Of a stretch of 64,000 nt of DNA, positions 21,302-29,758 are shown one piece after another. Position numbers and translations under genes: made by a program. Each line of letters begins with the position of its first letter. The stretch's first letter is position 1. The stretch is from positions 3,968,001 to 4,032,000 of the forward strand of contig JAQOWU010000008.1 in NCBI GenBank assembly GCA_030867685.1, read 5' to 3'. The DNA is from Wickerhamiella versatilis. Lineage: Eukaryota. The notes under the pieces are model-generated. The model saw nothing but the letters and a program-made list of their open reading frames with translations, made no database searches and had not been told where the DNA came from.

Positions 21302-22450
21302 TTAAAGACTTAATGAGAGTACCAAAAATGCCAAAAATGCAATCACGGTCGTCGTGATGCCAGCAAGATACACCCAGCTATTGCTGATTGTCCATGACCG
21401 AGGCCATTCGTCGTTAGCATTGTGACGGACAGTCACAACCTTTTTGTCCGAAATGAAACTCTTTCCAGGACGGAAGTACTCCAGGGAGAATGTAAACATG
21501 CCGTGTTGATCGGGCACGGTGAAATTTGTACAGAAAACGCCGGCATGATTCGAATCCAGGGTAAGGCGCCACCAAGGATCGAGCATGCGGAATTCAAGTT
21601 GAACATCATCGGAATCATATGGAACCCACAGATTTCCGTCCCACTCTTCTATGGTTGCGCAATATGCAACATCCTCATATACCTTGAAAAGGTCTGAGTC
21701 TGGGATGGGAGATGCGTCGACTAGTCGCAAAACGCCCTTCTCCTGAAAAGCCCAGTTGAAGATCTGAGAACCGAAGTTGCCCTTCAGTAGGTCTGGCGCA
21801 CCAACCCAAACAAATCGTGCATTATTGCGGGCCTGGAGAGCAGCAGCAATAACACCATCTCTTCCTGACACGAAAGGTGCCCCTGTTTCATCCACATTAC
21901 TGGTATAGCTGAGTTCGGGGGCCCTCAAAAGCGGAAGTACGAACTCATTCGTCTCATCAAGCTTTGCAACAGAGCTGTCCGCTACATTCACTGGATCCTC
22001 CGACGTCAGAATTTCTGGGACAGCAAAGTCCAACGCTTGCTCCTCGAAGTGATCTATGAGCTTATGACCCCGCATACTCACATGTACTCCCATCTGAGCT
22101 GCAAGCTCACGAATAGCTAATGGCGAATACTCTGGTGTGCTAAGAGTCACCACGTTTCCGCCATCTTCAAGGAAATTAACGAGGTTTTTTGACACCAAAG
22201 TCTTTCCCAGCGCTTTAGTACGCCCTGGTATTATGATAAGGTTGTCATAATTCCGCCTCCCTAGGTGGAATAGTTGAGGGTGCGACTTAACCCCAACGAT
22301 TTCCAGACTGTGTCCCTGTTCTCTAAGAGGACTAGAGATCTCAGACTCCGCTATAGCCTGGTTACTTTCATCGAAGACTAATAGCGTTCGGTGCCCAAGT
22401 GGTGTGGCTAGCGCACAGACTAACGAAGCTATCAGAACCAGAAGCCACAT
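21302..22450 (-). CDS. WBP1: Oligosaccharyltransferase beta subunit Wbp1 (OST48)
   Basis: Signal peptide, YDNLII, QARNNARF, DVQLEFRMLDPW, PDQHGMFTF, VRHNANDEWPRSW and a C-terminal TM. Confidence 0.93.
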   Translation of the reverse strand: MWLLVLIASLVCALATPLGHRTLLVFDESNQAIAESEISSPLREQGHSLEIVGVKSHPQLFHLGRRNYDNLIIIPGRTKALGKTLVSKNLVNFLEDGGNVVTLSTPEYSPLAIRELAAQMGVHVSMRGHKLIDHFEEQALDFAVPEILTSEDPVNVADSSVAKLDETNEFVLPLLRAPELSYTSNVDETGAPFVSGRDGVIAAALQARNNARFVWVGAPDLLKGNFGSQIFNWAFQEKGVLRLVDASPIPDSDLFKVYEDVAYCATIEEWDGNLWVPYDSDDVQLEFRMLDPWWRLTLDSNHAGVFCTNFTVPDQHGMFTFSLEYFRPGKSFISDKKVVTVRHNANDEWPRSWTISNSWVYLAGITTTVIAFLAFLVLSLSL

Positions 22451-22469
22451 GTCGCTTAGTCACGTGTCA

Positions 22470-22691
22470 ATGACGGACGTGGGGGATATTTCGTCAGACG
22501 AATTTGCCGAAATTTGGGCCGAAATGGCTGCTGCAGAGAAGCAAGCCACAGAAATGGAGAAGCGCTTGATTGCTATTCACAAAAATTTAGATGGACTTCT
22601 TGGCACACTGCCTGAGACCGAGGAGAAGCAAGGGGATAATGACGCTGCACCCCAACCTACTGAAACAAATCTTCCAAAAAAAAGCAATTAA
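22470..22691 (+). CDS. Small hypothetical coiled-coil protein (73 aa)
   Basis: Fills the gap between WBP1 and the convergent gene ending at 22749. Amphipathic EMAAAEKQATEMEKRLIAIHKNLDGLL, coding-like GC content, AT-rich terminator-like DNA after the stop. Alternative ATG 22449. Confidence 0.55.
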   Translation: MTDVGDISSDEFAEIWAEMAAAEKQATEMEKRLIAIHKNLDGLLGTLPETEEKQGDNDAAPQPTETNLPKKSN

Positions 22692-22748
22692 ATATTTTTA
22701 TATTAAAATTCATATCCATATCCATATATATATCTAATAAATATCATC

Positions 22749-23819
22749 TTACTTCTCGCCATAGCCAATATACCATAGCGGCAAAACAGCCTCGCGCCCC
22801 TGAGCAGGATCCAGATTCATAGCAGCACGTATGGCATCCTCCACAACATTTTCAGGTAAGTTTTTGGTTTGTACCACGAATTGTATGATATGCATACGGT
22901 AAAACAGCAAAATATATTGGCTAATATAGCCGATTTCGCCACCAAATCCGCAAGGCATCCCCATATAAGCAGATGCAAGGTTCTCATCTTTGAAACCTCC
23001 CTCCCTGCAGCCGAGATTTATCCTCTCGTCAAAGTAATGTGCATCATACTCGTCTAGAAGATTTTCAATAATATCACTCAATACCGAGTCGGAGAGAAAT
23101 GTCTCAGCAATTTTACATGGTAACTCCAGTACTCCACCCGGTTTCAATACTCGCCTACACTCACTGAAAAACTGCCGGGTCTTTTCACGGTCGTGTATTA
23201 GGAACCAGCACATGTAGATCGATAAGACGTCAAACGAATTGTCCGGATACGGAAGGCTTGACAGCGTTTCACCGACGAAGGAATGATAGTTATCTGGTCC
23301 AACATGTTTGTTACTGCGTATGATAGATGAGGGCCAGCCACACTCGGCTCGGTAAGACTCCACCTGAGCCTCGGGATAATCTAGAGCAAGCACCCAATTC
23401 TGCTGCTCAGTGATCTTCCAGGTCGAAATAGTAAGTATCTTGGCACCTGGAGATGAAGCTAGTTTCTTAGCGCGTGCATTTATAATGCGCCCACCGAAAA
23501 TAAGTCTCTCAGCTTCAATCAGCCAAATTTCAGTTAACAAACTATGCCGATCCACACCAATGAAGTGTTCAAGTGCCTCCTTACGAGTCTTAGCGTATGT
23601 CAAAGCATCTGCTTCATGGGCAACCGACATGTAGTCAATAAAATACTCCCAAACACTCTCCTCTGTGATTTTCGTCTTGCCATGAATGTCACCAATATCA
23701 GGGAGCTCCACAGCACTCGGCTCCGCACTGTCATGATCAAGACGACTGAATGATGATGTGCTCAAGGGTGTTGCAGGTTCGTGCAGGCCCTCGACGGAAG
23801 AGAGCTTTTCTGTAGCCAT
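22749..23819 (-). CDS. Class I SAM-dependent methyltransferase-like protein (Methyltransf_11-type)
   Basis: LSSLPYPDNSFDVLS and FFSECRRVLKPGGVLEL (motifs II/III). The glycine-rich motif I is not evident. Confidence 0.7.
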   Translation of the reverse strand: MATEKLSSVEGLHEPATPLSTSSFSRLDHDSAEPSAVELPDIGDIHGKTKITEESVWEYFIDYMSVAHEADALTYAKTRKEALEHFIGVDRHSLLTEIWLIEAERLIFGGRIINARAKKLASSPGAKILTISTWKITEQQNWVLALDYPEAQVESYRAECGWPSSIIRSNKHVGPDNYHSFVGETLSSLPYPDNSFDVLSIYMCWFLIHDREKTRQFFSECRRVLKPGGVLELPCKIAETFLSDSVLSDIIENLLDEYDAHYFDERINLGCREGGFKDENLASAYMGMPCGFGGEIGYISQYILLFYRMHIIQFVVQTKNLPENVVEDAIRAAMNLDPAQGREAVLPLWYIGYGEK

Positions 23820-23902
23820 ATCTGGAACACTCTTGATAGATTACTCAGATGCGTCATTCACGTGTTTTAAAGATAATTGGTGGTCATACATACACAGCTA
23901 GA

Positions 23903-26900
23903 CTAAATAAGCGATCTATATGGAATAGACTTACCGCTTTCGCTGTCATCCAGATCGAGCAAGGAGCTATCTATGGAGGGCACTGGCTTGCGACTAGGAG
24001 TCGACCCATACTTTGACGAAGCTAAGCTCTCGGAGGAAGTTGTCATCGGGGGCAATCTCACGGACTTATTATCAACAAAGTCGTCCATTTTCATTGCTTC
24101 TGCTGTGAAAGGGTTAATTTTTTCTGGATTGAGAACCATTCCGGGCTTCGGTGGCACGACGGGTACCCTCGCCGGAATTCCCTCGCCAACCCACCATTTA
24201 CCGGTGTCTGTGGAAGGATGGGGAAGTTTGGAAGGTTTGACTGAGTCACTGGTCTGCATATCCTTTTCCCAGTCAAAGTTTGGATCCAATAGTTGCTTGC
24301 GCCTCTTCTCGTACAACCCCTGGAACATCCTTTCCCGTTTTTCTTTGTCGATCAATGCGACCGTCACATCATATATAGCGTAAACAGGACGGTGGTCGCT
24401 GAACTTTAGAGAGGGTGCGGAGTTGTAACAAATCCGATGCAAATTGTTACCTCTAGTTAGAATGCGGTCGGTCCAAGCCGGCGTGCGTGCCTTGTCGCTC
24501 GTATCATAATCGTCCGTCCCTGGATCAAATTTATAGGTAGGAAGAAAGTTTATCGTACCCTCATCATAGAATGGGAAGGTTTCCCCACGCTCCATCTGAG
24601 AAATGAGTTGGTCATGCTCCTGCAGCCTTCGAATTGTATCCGACTTGGAATTGTGTTCCATCATGCCTCTCACTGTTTCGTTTGGAAGATCTACACGATA
24701 ATTGAAGTCGCCTGCCCATACAACTGTATCCATGTCTCTTGCTCTCTTTCCACGAGCAAACCGCAATCCAGTCGCCAGAGATTTGTAGTCCTGGTGTCGT
24801 TCTTCCAGGTTGCTTAGCCCAGCTGCCAAATGAGCGCTAATGAACATGATGTTCGTACTATCATACAAGAAACTGACAGCCACACCTCCCTTGTTACCAG
24901 CCATACCACCTAGTGCCGTCTTTTTTGACGTACCCTCCACCATTGTCACAGACTCCATCTCAGAATATTTGACGAACATCATCAATGCGGTACCCACAAG
25001 TTGCCCACTTCGCATAAGTACATAGTGATGACGCCTATTCAAGCATCTTCCGACCATATCCTCCCAATAGGCTTTCCTGGCTGAATCCACGTTCAAAATC
25101 TGAGCCGTCGTAAGTTCAACGAGTTCTTGAAATGCTATCAGATATACGTCCGGGCTACGGGTCATTTCTGGTGGAAATAACCATGCATTGAGGTCAGAGG
25201 GAGGCCCATCCTCTTCAGGGAGTTCCTTTCCATTCACGTTAAAGGTACCAACAAACATCGATATCTGCTTGTCAGATGTAAAGTCCTTAGAATAATTCTT
25301 CATTTCATCCCGTACATAGTCAATGATTGGGTCATAAATGTTTACTTGCACTTGGCCCTCCCCGCGGCCTAGGATAACCTCTATAACACCCTGTCGTGCC
25401 TTATCCTGGAAGTTGTTAACATAGAGACGACCTACACTCTTGGTAACATCCGACAGAGCTCCTGCCAAATTCATCCTGCCAGAACGTGTGAAGCTCGATT
25501 TTAATGCCCCAGTACCGGCATAGTTGACAGATAATTGATCGCCATTGTCCGCCCAAAGCTCCGCATGAGTGGCCCATAAATCATCATCGGTATAGAGGTT
25601 ATAGTAGTCGAAAAAGAGATCCAGAGCATCCTTACTCAAAAGTTGTTGAATAAGGTTGGTACGATCAAGACAGTCTAGGCAGTTTGTTCGGAATATACCG
25701 ATTTGCTCTGTTTCAGACGCACCTGTCATGGGGTTATAACTATAAAAGCCAAACTCAAGCATAGAATCTTGAACACGTTCCACCAGTCGAGTAGCGGCAC
25801 TATAGCCCTGATTGCTGACCTCCCTATGAAAATCAAAATGGGTGTAACGCACAGCCTGTGCGAACTGGGCATCCTGCTCGCGGACGTGATTTCTGTAAGC
25901 TTTACAGAGATCAGCTTCCCCAAGCTTACTGGAAGACAAAAGATTAACTATGTGCACAGCACCAAATCTATCTGTCAATTGGTCGTAATGCCTGCGAAAT
26001 GCGGGTTGCGTGGCTTCGAATGATCGAGTTAGCGACAACTTGGACCCTAGAAGATTCGCATCTTGTTCCCAAAATACAGGAACAGAGCCACGCAACTGAA
26101 CATATCCAAATTGTTGGTAGTTCTCAAGCCATAGAACTGTCTCCGTTTCGACGAAATTTGCGACATTACCCTCGTCATCTATGCCGCGTGAATTGTACCG
26201 CGTACCTGCACGCAACCACGACTGTCGACTAATGATACTCAACAAGCCCGAGTAGCTATCAAGCTGAATAGGTCTAGTGCCCGTGTACCCCCGGATCACA
26301 CATGTCAGAAAGCCACCTTTGTCAATCCTCTCACGGTCTTCGGCAGGCAACCTACTTCGAAAACTGCCCAATTCATGCATCATATAACAATTCCACATGA
26401 AGCTCTCGTCAGTCGGGCTTGAAAATGACGACTGGGCTCCTACGTCCTGGCTATTCTGCAGAATTGCAGTTAAGTCGAAGTCTGTAGAATAGTAGAAGCC
26501 ACCGGTACTAAAGAACTTCTTTATTGCCGTACATGGATGTTCTCCAGACTCGGGAACATCATCAGCAGGGACGAAGTCCCACTGCGAACGTCTTAGACAT
26601 ATGAACTCGACTGCGTGGATACGCCATACTGTACGGCCCGGCGAAGGAGTAGCAGCTTTTGATCGATCGGTTATAACACACAAATAAACCTCTGAGTCTA
26701 CGTTAAGTAGACCTAAACAGCCATAACAATTCAAGCTCAGCTGGCGACACAAGGTCAAGTCAACCTCCTTACGATCCAACAGTTCCACTATACACTGCCG
26801 ACGCTGATCCAATGTACCCCTAGGGTTCGAGCTACGAATAGTCAAAACATCAAACTTTGTCGCAATGTACAACGTCCGCGGATGAGGTCGTACGAGGACC

Positions 26901-26905
26901 TTCAT
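23903..26905 (-). CDS. INP53: Synaptojanin-like phosphoinositide phosphatase (Sac1 domain plus 5-phosphatase), Inp52/Inp53 type
   Basis: RAGTRYNSRGIDDEGNVANFVETE, intact RTNCLDCLDRTN (CX5R), GTFNVNG, WAGDFNYR, PTYKFD, PAWTDRIL and SDHRPV. INP52 versus INP53 cannot be separated. Confidence 0.9.
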   Translation of the reverse strand: MKVLVRPHPRTLYIATKFDVLTIRSSNPRGTLDQRRQCIVELLDRKEVDLTLCRQLSLNCYGCLGLLNVDSEVYLCVITDRSKAATPSPGRTVWRIHAVEFICLRRSQWDFVPADDVPESGEHPCTAIKKFFSTGGFYYSTDFDLTAILQNSQDVGAQSSFSSPTDESFMWNCYMMHELGSFRSRLPAEDRERIDKGGFLTCVIRGYTGTRPIQLDSYSGLLSIISRQSWLRAGTRYNSRGIDDEGNVANFVETETVLWLENYQQFGYVQLRGSVPVFWEQDANLLGSKLSLTRSFEATQPAFRRHYDQLTDRFGAVHIVNLLSSSKLGEADLCKAYRNHVREQDAQFAQAVRYTHFDFHREVSNQGYSAATRLVERVQDSMLEFGFYSYNPMTGASETEQIGIFRTNCLDCLDRTNLIQQLLSKDALDLFFDYYNLYTDDDLWATHAELWADNGDQLSVNYAGTGALKSSFTRSGRMNLAGALSDVTKSVGRLYVNNFQDKARQGVIEVILGRGEGQVQVNIYDPIIDYVRDEMKNYSKDFTSDKQISMFVGTFNVNGKELPEEDGPPSDLNAWLFPPEMTRSPDVYLIAFQELVELTTAQILNVDSARKAYWEDMVGRCLNRRHHYVLMRSGQLVGTALMMFVKYSEMESVTMVEGTSKKTALGGMAGNKGGVAVSFLYDSTNIMFISAHLAAGLSNLEERHQDYKSLATGLRFARGKRARDMDTVVWAGDFNYRVDLPNETVRGMMEHNSKSDTIRRLQEHDQLISQMERGETFPFYDEGTINFLPTYKFDPGTDDYDTSDKARTPAWTDRILTRGNNLHRICYNSAPSLKFSDHRPVYAIYDVTVALIDKEKRERMFQGLYEKRRKQLLDPNFDWEKDMQTSDSVKPSKLPHPSTDTGKWWVGEGIPARVPVVPPKPGMVLNPEKINPFTAEAMKMDDFVDNKSVRLPPMTTSSESLASSKYGSTPSRKPVPSIDSSLLDLDDSESGKSIPYRSLI

Positions 26906-27000
26906 CCGTCCAAGTTGCTGACAAACCTTCCTTGGCTAACGTCTACGCGTTACATATTTACCCGACTGGGGTTGAGCACCTTAATTCAATTCGATTTAAT

Positions 27001-27624
27001 TTAACTATGTGGAATTTCTATTGTCGTTATTTTAGGAATTCGGTTATCAAGGGCAAATAAACATTCTCCTGGATTGTCTTTCTTAAATGGAGGCATCAAA
27101 AAGATCATGACAGAAGTGATCAATATAAACAATGAACACTTAAATGTATGGCAGGTGACCAGCACATCAACCAAAAGGTATAAAGATTGAAACACTTGTT
27201 TCAGAGCCTCGAGCAATGATGGTTTTACTCTGTTCTTGGCTCTTTGATGTGTGAGGAGTCGGCGTATCTCACGTCGTAGATGTTTGTTATTTACGAGAAG
27301 CATACTTTCGTCCCCTTCATATATGTCTTCAGGCTCACGGTCTGCAAAATATTCTGATCCGTCTATATTAATATTAATGTCTTGGGGCGGGGAAGAAGCT
27401 TGCTTGCCTGGTGATGCAATTCTCGCGTTATGGCACCGTGCAAGTAATGCAATCTCCTCCTGGGTATGCTGGAGCTCAATAAGAAGTCGTGATTTGTAGT
27501 GCACCGGGGCCCAGTCGGCTTCAGTGGAAAGTCTTGGGGAAACATGGGGCGAGGTGGGTTCAACCCCAAAATTTATTGCTAATCCTGTGGCACGAGACTC
27601 AGTTTCCTCTCCCCCATGAGCCAT
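27001..27624 (-). CDS. Hypothetical protein with C-terminal hydrophobic segment(s)
   Basis: 207-aa ORF from ATG 27624 filling the space between the GH5 gene and INP53. No family motif recognised. Confidence 0.55.
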   Translation of the reverse strand: MAHGGEETESRATGLAINFGVEPTSPHVSPRLSTEADWAPVHYKSRLLIELQHTQEEIALLARCHNARIASPGKQASSPPQDININIDGSEYFADREPEDIYEGDESMLLVNNKHLRREIRRLLTHQRAKNRVKPSLLEALKQVFQSLYLLVDVLVTCHTFKCSLFILITSVMIFLMPPFKKDNPGECLFALDNRIPKITTIEIPHS

Positions 27625-27731
27625 AATCCACAATAGGCAATCAAGATATGTGTCGTGAAGCAGCCTATGGCAGATTAGGGTTGTGACCTAGGCAACGGCT
27701 AAGTACATAAATAAAACTTAGGAATTTAGGT

Positions 27732-29459
27732 TTAGTATGTCTCGGATAACCCTGCCCATTCATTTGGGGGCCCACAAGCTGTATAGTTTTTCTGATATTC
27801 CAAGGAAGGTAAGATTTTATTAGACCACATGTCATAATAGCTCCATTGAGGATTTGATTCCGTCTTCCAGGTCCAATATAACCATCCCCAGCTTGCCTCA
27901 GACTCATATATTGCAATCTGAGTCTCACCAAACGTTCTGAGAAATCCGCTGTATTTAGGATCGTAGTTTTGTGGGTCATCGAAGGTTGGCGCACATGTAC
28001 AGTTACCACCCGCACATGGACCCTCAAGGACTGGCATGGAGGTATCAGTGCCCATAAATTTACCTTCCCATCGACTTCCTTCACCAACATTGTTTAAAAA
28101 TGTAGCACAATCGGTGTCTGCTACCGACCATTCACCAACTATTACGGGAATCTGAGCTTTTCTTAGGGAATGCCTCCAATCTCCACATACAACTCCCAGT
28201 TTCTCACCGTGGGGCAAGCTGAGTAGGTACTGATCGAATATCAGATACTGGTGTATATCAAGTATTATTTTTGTGTAATTTGCAACAGGCATTTTGTCGT
28301 TGTAATAGTCGGGTCCCATGAGACCATCGCCGTATACAATGTAATTCTCATATCCTTCTTCCCTTACAATGTTATAAGCCTTCTTGTGCCATTCAATCAC
28401 CCTGTCAGGTCCCAACTTGAACGTGAGGGGCTCATTTACAAGCCCATATACTGTAATAATCTTTTTGTACCTCGGCTGGGAAAAGAACTTTGCAAGACGA
28501 CGGTGAATTTCGAGAGTCTGCTGTGCAAAGTCATCTCCTCTCGAGTCTGTTTCGTTCAGCCATTTCACCTCACCTTGCCTTCCACTATGATTCCAGCCAT
28601 TTTGAGACCCTGGCACCGCATGGAGGTCTAGAATAACCCGGATACCATATTTTCGGGCCCATTCTATCCCCCGGAGAAGATAGCGCCAGCTCACATTAGC
28701 AAGGTATGGATCTTCGTTCGCACTGAAAACAGCCCAGTACCCAAAGGGTATACGTACATGGTCCATTCCAGCTTCCTTTATCAGCTTTAAATCATTTTCC
28801 TGTATGAAATTGGCGTAATGTTCCTCAAGTTGCTCTTTTACTGACTCTGGGCCCTCCGTATTGCGTATATGGTTACATAGTGTGAATTCATCAACCGTGG
28901 CATTCTCAACACTAAACAAAGATGGGGTAATAAAAGGCTCAAGCGTAAGCCATCCACCAAGATTTACACCGCGAATCGGTTCTTGGCCGTAATTCCACTC
29001 ATTTTCGAATTTGGAGTCGTCATAGCTATCAAATAATCCCATGACAGGCAAACCACCTACAGTATCAGTAGTGAATGTCATATTAAAGTCCCTTTTATCC
29101 TTCCAAGTTGAAGGGTCGAAGTAAGTTCCGTTGTAATCTGGTCCACAGGCACAGCCACAGCTACATGCACTGTCAGATGAATACGTGCAGTCTTCTCCGC
29201 AATCACAAATTCCGAAACCACATGGAGGCATAGGCTGATTGGCATCACATCCACTCTGTCCACAAGAGTCTTTGTATGCTGTAACGCCGATTGGAACAGC
29301 GATAGAAGCACAGACGCCAAGTACTATTAAGGTGCCAATAATCCAAACCTTCAAGTGAAGGCTTCTATGCTTCGGTTGCTCGTTATCTGTTTCGCTTTTA
29401 TCATTACTGGAGTATACACTCCATAGCTCCTCCTCACCGCTCTTCATTCCAGAATGCAT
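27732..29459 (-). CDS. Type II membrane-anchored GH5 exo-1,3-beta-glucanase (ExgD-like)
   Basis: N-terminal TM, PIRGVNLGGWLTLEPFITPSLF, DHVRIPFGYW, DLHAVPGSQNGWNHSG, catalytic VNEP and VGEWS, and YWTWKTE. Confidence 0.9.
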   Translation of the reverse strand: MHSGMKSGEEELWSVYSSNDKSETDNEQPKHRSLHLKVWIIGTLIVLGVCASIAVPIGVTAYKDSCGQSGCDANQPMPPCGFGICDCGEDCTYSSDSACSCGCACGPDYNGTYFDPSTWKDKRDFNMTFTTDTVGGLPVMGLFDSYDDSKFENEWNYGQEPIRGVNLGGWLTLEPFITPSLFSVENATVDEFTLCNHIRNTEGPESVKEQLEEHYANFIQENDLKLIKEAGMDHVRIPFGYWAVFSANEDPYLANVSWRYLLRGIEWARKYGIRVILDLHAVPGSQNGWNHSGRQGEVKWLNETDSRGDDFAQQTLEIHRRLAKFFSQPRYKKIITVYGLVNEPLTFKLGPDRVIEWHKKAYNIVREEGYENYIVYGDGLMGPDYYNDKMPVANYTKIILDIHQYLIFDQYLLSLPHGEKLGVVCGDWRHSLRKAQIPVIVGEWSVADTDCATFLNNVGEGSRWEGKFMGTDTSMPVLEGPCAGGNCTCAPTFDDPQNYDPKYSGFLRTFGETQIAIYESEASWGWLYWTWKTESNPQWSYYDMWSNKILPSLEYQKNYTACGPPNEWAGLSETY

Positions 29460-29758
29460 TGCTGAATGGAAATTGCCTATTCTCCAATTTTACTTATATT
29501 GGACAGGAATATAACATCATACTAATATTAGACTATTCATACAAAATAGTTCCCTAATTCGCCTCTACAATTGGCATAGTTCACCTAAATCGGTATTTGC
29601 CGGTCCCTATTCCATTATGTCACAAGGTCGCCATAAAAGGAAATTAGCATCCAAAGAGGACATGGATGTCTATCCATGTTTTATAATCTAATGAAGATTT
29701 CGTTTTTATTTTAGTTGTGCTAAATACAAAAAAAACATTAGTATCTTCATATGTCGAC

